DNA of 35,081 nt. Source: a virus (taxonomy: Duplodnaviria; Caudoviricetes). The translations under genes and the position numbers were made by a program. Below, in pieces: positions 26,060 to 34,173 of the stretch (its first letter is position 1; every line of letters starts with the position of its first letter). The DNA lies in the IMG/VR virus record IMGVR_UViG_3300025102_000117, positions 1 through 35,081 of that record; one strand, 5' to 3'. The notes under the pieces were generated by a model. It searched no databases, was not told where the DNA came from, and saw nothing but the letters and a program-made list of their open reading frames with translations.

Positions 26060-26728
26060 ATGGGAATTTTAGGAACAAGTAACGGAACAGTCTTGGCATC
26101 AGTACAAGCACAAAGCGACCAACAATTCAAGAATGTAAATAATTTACTTTCTTTACAAGATAATCATGTTGAGGAGTTTTTTCAATATCACGGTCAAATG
26201 TTTTTAACACAAATAGAGAAACTTATGGAAGATGTTGTGGAAAGAGTAGTTAGTAAGATGTTGGCTAAATTACAATTCACAACTGATTCTACAACAGGAA
26301 TGTTAAGAATACACAATGATGCTATGAGAGAATTTGAAAAGATAACTCAAGAAAATATTGAATTAGACATTCAAAAGATATTAGATGCGGCAATCAATAC
26401 TGAAGTTGTAAATCAAAGAAAGTTAGCAAAACAACAATACTTAGAATCTCAAGGATTTAGCGGTGGTGGTGGCATGCAACAAATGGCACAACCAACAGCA
26501 GGTATGGCAATAGCAGGACTAACAGGACAAACTCAACAATATCAACAAATGCAAGGTGCTGTGAATAATGGTAGTGGCTATCCTATTCCACCAACGGGAA
26601 CTGATAATTATGGAAGACCATATTGGATAGATGCTCAAGGACAAATGAGTTACGAACCTCCACAAAGCGGATTAGGTTTAGGTAGTGCTATACAAAAAGG
26701 TGCGGCTTGGGCTAAATGGTTAATGTGA
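26060..26728 (+). CDS. Helical protein with a Q/G-rich low-complexity region and a C-terminal amphipathic helix
   Basis: Start reassigned to ATG 26060 (GGGTGA SD). Ends in GLGLGSAIQKGAAWAKWLM. Confidence 0.7.
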   Translation: MGILGTSNGTVLASVQAQSDQQFKNVNNLLSLQDNHVEEFFQYHGQMFLTQIEKLMEDVVERVVSKMLAKLQFTTDSTTGMLRIHNDAMREFEKITQENIELDIQKILDAAINTEVVNQRKLAKQQYLESQGFSGGGGMQQMAQPTAGMAIAGLTGQTQQYQQMQGAVNNGSGYPIPPTGTDNYGRPYWIDAQGQMSYEPPQSGLGLGSAIQKGAAWAKWLM

Positions 26729-26738
26729 AGGTGGTCTT

Positions 26739-28580
26739 TTGAAAGTAGACATCTTAGGTGGCTCTATCCCAAATTGGAGCGAAGATGTTGCTTTAGAGTT
26801 TTTTAAAGAGTATGTAGTTGTCGGAGTTTTAGATAAAAAAGAACAAGTTAGATTAGGGGATAATAATGAAAACGCTAATCAAATAAATAACATATTAGAG
26901 TTAGATGCAGTTAAGCAGTATAACACTAATACTAAGATAGTGGATGAATATAAAAAAACATATAAGCAGGGGTTAGATAAACTAAAAAATACTCCTATTA
27001 AAGAACTCATTGAAAATAAACCAATTAAGCCAAAATATGAATCAATAAAAACCATTGAATCATTAATGGATAAAGCACCTAACGAGTTAAGTAGAGCAGT
27101 TGTGTCGAGAATATTAGAATCTCCTACCGATGAAAAAGATACTAAGATTGCATTAAAAGAAGGTATTGATAATTACGATAGTTATTTTGATAGTTTGTAT
27201 AATGTTACAGAAAAGGTAAGCAATGTTAAGAATGGTAAGAAGATTACTAAAACAGTTACATTAAATGAAATGAGTAATTTTAGAGAGGGTGCTAAATTTA
27301 AGAAGTTAGTAGAATTAGGTTTTACTAATATAAGTATAAAGGGAGAAAATAAAGATGGTCAAAGTTATAACTTGATTGAGGCCGTAGGTAATCAAACTAA
27401 AGCAGGTGATATTACTAGTAGGAAGGATGGCTTTAAGTCTAAAAAAGAAGTTACTTCGGGAGGAAGAACATTCCAAACCCGTTTCGCCATGACAGATGAT
27501 AGTAGAGGAACTACAGTAAGAGGATTAGACTTACAAGAGATACCACTCTACTTAATTAATAGACGGAATAATAGTTTAAGAAAAATAGAAGAGGGTAGTT
27601 CAATAGACCCTTTAATTTTAGAAGCGGCTATTAAATACGATAGAGATAATCAAGAAGAAGTAGACACCTACAAGTTTGTTGATACAATTCCAAACATGCT
27701 AAAAGGTTTAGAAAAAACTATTCTCAATGAACTTAGAAAAGAAATGATAGACATTGAAAGAGATTTAGAAGATAAAAGTATTTACGAAGATAAAGAAACT
27801 GAATCGGGAAGAAGAATAAAAGAAGGCTCTAAGTTTGCTCCCGAACAAAGCAAAGTTATGGGTTTAGCAAAAAAGAAAAAGGTATCAAATAAAGTCGCTA
27901 AAGAAATAGTAGAATTGCACAATAAGTTAGAGAAAATAAAAGAAGATAGAAAAGAAAAAGAGGATGCTAAAAAGGTCAAAGAAATTCCGTTTGAAGAAAT
28001 AATAGGCATCGGTATGAGTGGAATAAACTATAGTAATGCTGAAGATATTACGGAAAAAATACCATACCAAGTATTCTTTAAAGGTCAAAACAAATCAATA
28101 GAAAGCACACTATCCGCAGGAAATTATGTAGCAAGCATAAAGGAAGAGATAATAAAGAAGAAAGCAGAATTCTTGGACAAAGAAGAAGAGGATATATATT
28201 CCGATACAAGTGCAAAGATAAAATCTATGAAAGTAAATGCAGAATTTACAGACGGAGCGATTTATCAAAAATCTAAAGAGTTTCTACAAAAAGTGTTGAT
28301 GAGATATTTAAATGACTTAGAGTATGTTTTTGATATTGAGTTTATTGTAATTAAAACCGAAAAAACTACAAATAAAGGCAAGACAAACACGACTTACAAT
28401 TTTAAGAGACTCAACGCTAAAAGAAAACAAATCATATTCAAAGGTGGCGGCCTTAATCCCATTCCAAAAAACAAAAGACAAACTACCAAAATATTAGAAA
28501 GCAAAACTAATATCTCTATGATAAATACATTTATTAATTCTATTAGAAGTAGGGTTGATACACTAGAGAGAGGAATTTAA
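26739..28580 (+). CDS. Large K/E-rich hypothetical protein (613 aa)
   Basis: Long ORF with a TTG start and GAAGGTGG SD; no motif recognised. Confidence 0.75.
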   Translation: MKVDILGGSIPNWSEDVALEFFKEYVVVGVLDKKEQVRLGDNNENANQINNILELDAVKQYNTNTKIVDEYKKTYKQGLDKLKNTPIKELIENKPIKPKYESIKTIESLMDKAPNELSRAVVSRILESPTDEKDTKIALKEGIDNYDSYFDSLYNVTEKVSNVKNGKKITKTVTLNEMSNFREGAKFKKLVELGFTNISIKGENKDGQSYNLIEAVGNQTKAGDITSRKDGFKSKKEVTSGGRTFQTRFAMTDDSRGTTVRGLDLQEIPLYLINRRNNSLRKIEEGSSIDPLILEAAIKYDRDNQEEVDTYKFVDTIPNMLKGLEKTILNELRKEMIDIERDLEDKSIYEDKETESGRRIKEGSKFAPEQSKVMGLAKKKKVSNKVAKEIVELHNKLEKIKEDRKEKEDAKKVKEIPFEEIIGIGMSGINYSNAEDITEKIPYQVFFKGQNKSIESTLSAGNYVASIKEEIIKKKAEFLDKEEEDIYSDTSAKIKSMKVNAEFTDGAIYQKSKEFLQKVLMRYLNDLEYVFDIEFIVIKTEKTTNKGKTNTTYNFKRLNAKRKQIIFKGGGLNPIPKNKRQTTKILESKTNISMINTFINSIRSRVDTLERGI

Positions 28581-28581
28581 T

Positions 28582-29700
28582 ATGGCAATAGCATCATCCC
28601 CAAGCGACTACACTTCTATTGATGTAGATTATTCAACAGGAAAAGGCTACTATACGGACAAAGGAGCAGTATCGGATATGCTACAGGTTCCTGCTTTTAG
28701 TGGTTCTACTTATCCTTCTCAAGCACAAGTAGGTTCTATAATAAAAACAATAGAAGGTATTGTAGATGAAAAGGTAAAAAGGTCTTATAGGCCAATCATT
28801 CACAAAGATGAATACCATAACTTTGAATTTATGAATCACCCAATGCAAACTTACTACGGTGGCTATGTTGGTTTTGTTCAATTAACTACTATGAAAGTAA
28901 AGAAGATAGTTTCTCTTAAAGTATGGCAAGGAAATAGTTATTTAGAATTGGCATCGGCTCAAGCAAGCGTCACACTACACCCCGATGATTTTCATAGGCT
29001 TAGAAGCATAACATTACAATTGCCTAATAGCGGAGATTCATTTATTTTATATCACCATGCCGAAGGTGCAATGTCAGCACACAATACATTCGATAGTAGA
29101 TTTGGAGCAAAGACTACTGCTAGAGATATTTGCCATTTAATTAATGAAGAATTCCCTGCTAATACTGCTCAATTTACAGGAGCAAATAGAGAAAAGGAGA
29201 GAACTTCTTCTCCTAATAGTCTAAGTATAAGTGATTTCTTTTATGCTTCTATTGACCCCGATAATGGATATAGAATTAATATTTCAAGTTTGTTAGCGGG
29301 CGAAGACGGTTCGGGATGCACAATAACACTTGCAGATAAAGCAGGACAAGACTCACAATCAACTTCCGAAGCATTTACAGATAAACAAGATATGAAGAGA
29401 TTAGGAAGTTTTTGGAAGATAGGAGATGAAGGAAGAATATTTTTCTTAAGAGATTATCCATATCATACTCAAAATTCTATAATAGCAACTTATGTTGCGG
29501 GTGATGGTAGAGTTCCTTCTAGCATACATAAGGCTACAACAATGTTAGTTGCGGCTGAATTATTAAGGCACGATGACCAAACAATCATGATTGCTGAAAC
29601 TGGTGGCAATATATCTACTAAAGAAAAGTATGATATTTTAACAACTGAAGCCAACGAAATCTTAAAGGGCAAAGGCGACCTCGTTTACTTATTGGAGTGA
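28582..29700 (+). CDS. Putative head-tail adaptor (connector) with an inserted domain
   Basis: N-terminal YYTDKGAVSDML...IKTIEGIVDE and C-terminal IIATYVAG..VPSSIHKATTMLVAAELL match the gp15/gp6-type adaptor pattern. Located between head and tail genes. Confidence 0.65.
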   Translation: MAIASSPSDYTSIDVDYSTGKGYYTDKGAVSDMLQVPAFSGSTYPSQAQVGSIIKTIEGIVDEKVKRSYRPIIHKDEYHNFEFMNHPMQTYYGGYVGFVQLTTMKVKKIVSLKVWQGNSYLELASAQASVTLHPDDFHRLRSITLQLPNSGDSFILYHHAEGAMSAHNTFDSRFGAKTTARDICHLINEEFPANTAQFTGANREKERTSSPNSLSISDFFYASIDPDNGYRINISSLLAGEDGSGCTITLADKAGQDSQSTSEAFTDKQDMKRLGSFWKIGDEGRIFFLRDYPYHTQNSIIATYVAGDGRVPSSIHKATTMLVAAELLRHDDQTIMIAETGGNISTKEKYDILTTEANEILKGKGDLVYLLE

Positions 29701-29704
29701 TTAT

Positions 29705-31051
29705 ATGTCTTGGATGAATATTATTCATAAGGCCAAAACAATAAGACAAGAAACAGCACCCAAAACAGGAAACAGACTAGTACCTACTTCATTATTAGGT
29801 GGCTTACCTCCTAGGGATGTTCCATCACTTAATGAAAATGTGAATAGAGATAATAAAATACAAGACCAAATTAGAAGAAATATAGAAGTAGAAACTAAAA
29901 ATGTAAGAGACAAAATAGCGGAACAACAGTATTTAATTCAGCAAGAAAAGCGTGGAGAAAGAATACTCGCTGACGGAACTAAGGCAAATACTAGAAACAA
30001 CCCCGCATATATCCGAGCAAGAAATGATGAAATAAAACGATTAGACGCAGAAAAAGGTAGAATAGAAGCAGGTGTTAGACAAAAATCTGGTTTAAAACAA
30101 AGGCAAGCCTCTAAGTTAGCAAGAGGTGGAAAAAATAATTGGAAAGATGTGTTACGAACTGAAGGAAATAAAGCCCCTGCTCAAAGTGTAAGGCAAACTA
30201 CAGAAAATGTTCCTAAACCTATGGGTGATGTTGCACTACCACCCGTTGAAGGACAACAACCAACTAAAGACCCATTAGTAGGTTTTGCTCAAGAAAGGGG
30301 CTTAATGCCTCAAACCACGCAAAATGTTCCTAAACCTACAGGTAATGTTCCTATAAATAAACCTCCTAGTAACTTGTTACCTAGAGATGCACAAGGTAAT
30401 GTTATATCTGCAAAAACTCCTACTAAACCAACTCAAAATGTTGAGTTACCTAATGTTCCACAACAAACTCAACAAGAAGTTACACAAGAAGCAACACAAC
30501 AGGCTTCACCACCAACTCCTCAACAAGGACAAAGAACTGGCCCACCTCCTAAAAAAATGACTACAGCGCAATTAAATCAACAAGCACAACAAAGAAGACA
30601 ACAACAATCTAACAATCCTCCTCCTCCTCCTAGCGATGCTCAAGGTAATCCTATTCCTCCAAAAGAAATTCCTAATCTCAATCAACAGTTGATACAACAG
30701 AATAAAAGAATGAATGAAAAATATTTACGGGAGTTAGGAAGAACAGCAACAACTCCTAAACAGCGAAGAAAGGATGCTAAGGCACAGACTAAACAACAAA
30801 AGGCTCAAAGAAGACTGGCAAGAGATAGACAAAAACTAGAAGAAAAAGAAGCAAAGCGTAAAGCAAAACAAAATCCTAGAGGCGGTGGACAACTAGTTCC
30901 TAGAGGAACTGGGCGTAGGCAAAATCCGGCATTAGTTCCTAGAGGAACTGGGTTTAGACAAAATCCGGTATTAAGGCCAAAACAAACTGGTGTAAAAATA
31001 GGAAAGAGCGATGAACTTTCAAAATCAATTAAAAACATACTAAGGAGATGA
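29705..31051 (+). CDS. Basic, P/Q-rich disordered protein with an MSWMNIIHK tag
   Basis: Low-complexity composition, internal repeats (QTTENVPKP/QTTQNVPKP, DAQGN x2, LVPRGTG.RQNP x2) and an internal WKDVLR. Confidence 0.75.
   Translation: MSWMNIIHKAKTIRQETAPKTGNRLVPTSLLGGLPPRDVPSLNENVNRDNKIQDQIRRNIEVETKNVRDKIAEQQYLIQQEKRGERILADGTKANTRNNPAYIRARNDEIKRLDAEKGRIEAGVRQKSGLKQRQASKLARGGKNNWKDVLRTEGNKAPAQSVRQTTENVPKPMGDVALPPVEGQQPTKDPLVGFAQERGLMPQTTQNVPKPTGNVPINKPPSNLLPRDAQGNVISAKTPTKPTQNVELPNVPQQTQQEVTQEATQQASPPTPQQGQRTGPPPKKMTTAQLNQQAQQRRQQQSNNPPPPPSDAQGNPIPPKEIPNLNQQLIQQNKRMNEKYLRELGRTATTPKQRRKDAKAQTKQQKAQRRLARDRQKLEEKEAKRKAKQNPRGGGQLVPRGTGRRQNPALVPRGTGFRQNPVLRPKQTGVKIGKSDELSKSIKNILRR
30894..30968 (+). 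repeat. 39-bp imperfect tandem repeat, each unit containing the dyad AGTTCCT-ag-AGGAACT
   Basis: Units start at 30894 and 30933 (TAGTTCCTAGAGGAACTGGG...CAAAATCCGG). Confidence 0.85.
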
Positions 31052-31054
31052 GTT

Positions 31055-31258
31055 ATGTCTAGCAAACAATTAGTTGCAGACTTTAGAAAATTTGTAGAAA
31101 TACAAAAAGAAAGACAAGCGGCGACGCAAGAACTTTCTCAAGTATTAGGTATTGATGTATCTTTTAGTGATGAAGAAGTTATTGAATATGCAATGCAATC
31201 ATATAATAAAGTCCTTAAAAAACAAATAGCGGAGGATGTTTTGAAATGGATGAAGTAA
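31055..31258 (+). CDS. Small helical hypothetical protein
   Basis: Fills the gap in the neck region; AGGAG upstream. Confidence 0.65.
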   Translation: MSSKQLVADFRKFVEIQKERQAATQELSQVLGIDVSFSDEEVIEYAMQSYNKVLKKQIAEDVLKWMK

Positions 31259-31755
31259 GTTTACTTATAGATTTGGTTTCAAGTAAATGGAGTTCTTCTG
31301 TTACTACTTTAATTAGCGAAGGAAGGATAACTGCTGACCATGCAGGAACTCCTAACTTTGTTGATGTTAGAACACTACAAAAGAATAAGGGAGTTAGATA
31401 TGACTTAACTGCTAAAGATGTAATTATATTCTTTGAAGATTCTCAAAACATAACTTACCCAACAATACATTTTGATTTAAGAAATGAAACGCATTCGTTC
31501 ACAATGCACATTAGAACGATACATGATGAAAGAGCAGGAACAGATGCTAACTTCGGCAAAGACAGGCTAAAGGCTTTATACTTGATAGCCCGTCATACGC
31601 TTGAGCGAGGTCGTAAAGGTTATACCGCAAGTGATGGTTCTAAGTTTAATCAAGTGTTTGTAGGTTCAAGAAGCGAAAGTAACGATAGAGCAAAGAGGTT
31701 ATTTGGTTATAAATTAACAGTAGAAACAAAACGATTCGCATTAACACTCCCTTAG
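31246..31755 (+). CDS. Putative tail completion/terminator protein
   Basis: Size, alpha/beta pattern (SFTMHIRT...LFGYKLTVE) and position immediately before the tail tube; GGAGG SD. Confidence 0.55.
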   Translation: MDEVSLLIDLVSSKWSSSVTTLISEGRITADHAGTPNFVDVRTLQKNKGVRYDLTAKDVIIFFEDSQNITYPTIHFDLRNETHSFTMHIRTIHDERAGTDANFGKDRLKALYLIARHTLERGRKGYTASDGSKFNQVFVGSRSESNDRAKRLFGYKLTVETKRFALTLP

Positions 31756-31785
31756 TAAGTAAGTAAAAGGAAGGAGAGGAACAGC

Positions 31786-33414
31786 ATGGCAAACACAGAT
31801 ATATTTTTAGGAAGCGGGGCAAGTATAACATTTATACCAGAAAATGATTTATTTTTAGGTATAGGATTAAAAGACGGCGGAGGAGCATTAGACGGTTCTG
31901 CTCAAAGCGTAATACAAGTAAGCGCAACCTTTGATTCCGATTTTGAATTAATTACTAACTTGTATAAAGGCTGTCTTTTAGAAAGATATAATACAAGTGA
32001 TGCCTTACAATCCACTCATAGAATAACATCTAATGATGCTAATTCTGTAACAATAAGTCCTTCTGCTTCAGCCGCTTCTACTGATTATTTTATAATTAAG
32101 TCATATGGCGCACCTGTACCTGCTCCGGTTTCTACAGCAAAGAGACTACTTTCCGACCAATGGTTAGGTATTCTTGAAAGTGCTACTTTCCCAACTAGTG
32201 AAGTTGAAATGAAACAACAGAACCTTTCTCTTGGTGGGTCAAGAAACTTCACTTATCAATACAAGGGCATTACTTCTTTTACCGGAGGTAACTTAGGTCT
32301 TGTAGCAAATCATGGAGCATGGCTATATTATTTCTTAGGAAAGTGTACTACACTAACATGCAGTACGGATGCTTTGACTACTGCATTAACATTAGATGCA
32401 CATAGACAAACATTACCTGATGCGGGAGATAACAATAGTTTCTTGATTCGTTCCATAGATGCGGCTACTCCACCGGCTGAAGTTACGGTAGGCGATGATA
32501 AGGTTATTGACGGTATTATAGAAACAGGGCCAATATTTAGAAGAAGTGTTGGTAGTAAAATATGCCCACCTATTACTCCTTTTGAGGCCACTGATGCTCA
32601 ATTAGACTTTTACCATAAATTAGATAGGCCAACTGGTTCGACTACATTAACAAAGGCAATCACATATACTTTTACTGAACAAGATGGAGATTTACTACCG
32701 TCTTTTTCATTGGAACAAAACCTATCTAAACTAACAGGAGCAAATCAATACAGAACAGGAACAGAAACCGATGAAAGTTTAAACTTCGTTAAAATCGCTA
32801 GAGGATGTAGAGTTAATACTTTAACTATGACCGCTAATGAAAATGAAGAAGTTAAAATGACTATGGATTTATCAACAAGAAATGTTCACTCCTTAGCCTC
32901 CGATGAAGTTTATGATGCTAGAAGAGGGGTTACTGATGAAACAGCATTCGTTAATTATGAGTCTAGCACTAACGCCGACCAAACTAGAGAACCGTTCTTT
33001 TTCTCCGATGGAACTTTTAAATTATTAGGAAGCACTTTCTTGAAGATTAATTCATTAACTCTCACTATGAATAATAATCTACAAGATAGAAGATTCTTAG
33101 GTGTTGGTTCAAAAGATGTTCAAGAGTCTATACCTGCACAAAGAACATATGAGATTTCTTTTACTGGTCATGTTACAGACGATGCTCTTTACACCGCATT
33201 ACTAAACGATTCGGAAGATACTACTCAAACCATAGAATTAATTTTTACAAAATCTAATGGAGAAACAATTACATTAAAGTTTGAAGACTATTTTATTAGC
33301 GCAAATAATTTTCCAATCGCTGAAGATAAAGGGCCGATTGTTGTAGAAGCAACAGTAATGCCGAGAAATCTTAATGCTTGTACTGTGAAAACACACTGGA
33401 TTTTACAGGGGTGA
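31786..33414 (+). CDS. Major tail (tube) protein with inserted domains
   Basis: T/S/G/A-rich. LPSFSLEQ, ARGCRVNTLTMTA..EEVKMTMD, PFFF, INSLTLTMNNNL and RTYEISFT are typical siphoviral tube segments. Precedes the chaperones and tape measure gene. Confidence 0.8.
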   Translation: MANTDIFLGSGASITFIPENDLFLGIGLKDGGGALDGSAQSVIQVSATFDSDFELITNLYKGCLLERYNTSDALQSTHRITSNDANSVTISPSASAASTDYFIIKSYGAPVPAPVSTAKRLLSDQWLGILESATFPTSEVEMKQQNLSLGGSRNFTYQYKGITSFTGGNLGLVANHGAWLYYFLGKCTTLTCSTDALTTALTLDAHRQTLPDAGDNNSFLIRSIDAATPPAEVTVGDDKVIDGIIETGPIFRRSVGSKICPPITPFEATDAQLDFYHKLDRPTGSTTLTKAITYTFTEQDGDLLPSFSLEQNLSKLTGANQYRTGTETDESLNFVKIARGCRVNTLTMTANENEEVKMTMDLSTRNVHSLASDEVYDARRGVTDETAFVNYESSTNADQTREPFFFSDGTFKLLGSTFLKINSLTLTMNNNLQDRRFLGVGSKDVQESIPAQRTYEISFTGHVTDDALYTALLNDSEDTTQTIELIFTKSNGETITLKFEDYFISANNFPIAEDKGPIVVEATVMPRNLNACTVKTHWILQG

Positions 33415-33419
33415 TTTGC

Positions 33420-33545
33420 ATGGTATCGAGAGAAGATATAATTAGAATGACGCAAATTGAAAAGGCTAAGAAGCCTAAGCGTCAAGCAAAAAAGACAACT
33501 ACGAAGGCTAAGGAGGAGAAAAAAACAACTCCAAAAGCCGAGTAA
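33420..33545 (+). CDS. Small lysine-rich protein (41 aa), missing from the ORF track
   Basis: Hand translation: MVSREDIIRMTQIEKAKKPKRQAKKTTTKAKEEKKTTPKAE*. GGGGTGA SD upstream. Confidence 0.6.
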   Translation: MVSREDIIRMTQIEKAKKPKRQAKKTTTKAKEEKKTTPKAE

Positions 33546-33599
33546 TTATAAATTCCACCAACACCGTTTGTTTGTTTGTTGGTTTTGAAGGTGGATGAA
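33546..33599 (+). promoter_or_regulatory. Intergenic element: TTATAAA box, (GTTT)n tract and two alternative stem pairings that include the SD
   Basis: ACCAACA (33557-63) pairs with TGTTGGT (33577-83), and TCCACC (33554-59) pairs with GGTGGA (33590-95). Confidence 0.4.
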
Positions 33600-33965
33600 A
33601 TGACTGAAAAGAAAGTAATAAGTGATAAGAGTGCTTTATTTGCACTACAAGAGCCTACGCTACATTATATTAAGGTAGCACCCGAAAGCGAAGAATATCT
33701 AAAGGTGTGGGTAAAAGAACCCACATGGTTAGAAACTGAAAAAGCGTTAAATTCTGTTATGAAAATTGACGCTAGAACTCAGAATTTAGATATAGATTTA
33801 AACGCCATGTATCGTTATATGATGGATAATTTTATATCTAAAACTGAACCATCCCTCTCAAGTATTGATATGCTAAAACTAAGCCCGTATGTTGGCAATC
33901 AAATTAAAGAAATACTACCAAACCCTATGTCATTAATGCAGGAGGATGACGAAAAAAAGGAATGA
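33600..33965 (+). CDS. Tail assembly chaperone (gpG-like)
   Basis: Start reassigned to ATG 33600 (AAGGTGGA SD). Lies between tail tube and tape measure and ends in a slippery sequence. Confidence 0.7.
   Translation: MTEKKVISDKSALFALQEPTLHYIKVAPESEEYLKVWVKEPTWLETEKALNSVMKIDARTQNLDIDLNAMYRYMMDNFISKTEPSLSSIDMLKLSPYVGNQIKEILPNPMSLMQEDDEKKE
33953..33959 (+). other. Programmed -1 ribosomal frameshift heptamer A_AAA_AAG
   Basis: In-frame codons GAA AAA AAG GAA TGA. A -1 slip reads AAA AAA GGA ATG ATT..., which is the frame of ORF 33962..34168. Confidence 0.7.
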
Positions 33966-34168
33966 TTAGGAAGGCATTAAAAGGTAAGCCTTCCGATGTG
34001 CAGACTATTAGTTTAATAATGGTCTATACTCTATCTTCTGCATTAAGCATAAGCCCCTTAGAGGTATATAAAATGCCAGTTAGTTTAGTAAAAGATTTAT
34101 TAACTGTTCATGGTGTAATTGAAACAATAAAGGGCGAAGAACTGGAAAAAGCAAGAAATAGACGGTGA
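33962..34168 (+). CDS. Tail assembly chaperone C-terminal part (gpT-like), probably expressed as a frameshift fusion
   Basis: In the -1 frame relative to the upstream ORF. LSISPLEVYKMPVS matches the typical gpT-like pattern. Confidence 0.65.
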   Translation: MIRKALKGKPSDVQTISLIMVYTLSSALSISPLEVYKMPVSLVKDLLTVHGVIETIKGEELEKARNRR

Positions 34169-34173
34169 AGTTA

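Noticed and set aside
30895-30949. Resemblance of AGTTCCT..AGGAACT to FRT recombination-site arms
   Set aside because: Only 7-bp arms with a 2-bp spacer, explained by the coding repeat LVPRGT. No recombinase is present in the window.
31786-33414. Contractile tail sheath assignment for the 542-aa protein
   Set aside because: The C-terminal motifs fit a tube protein, and it is followed directly by chaperones and tape measure with no separate small tube gene.
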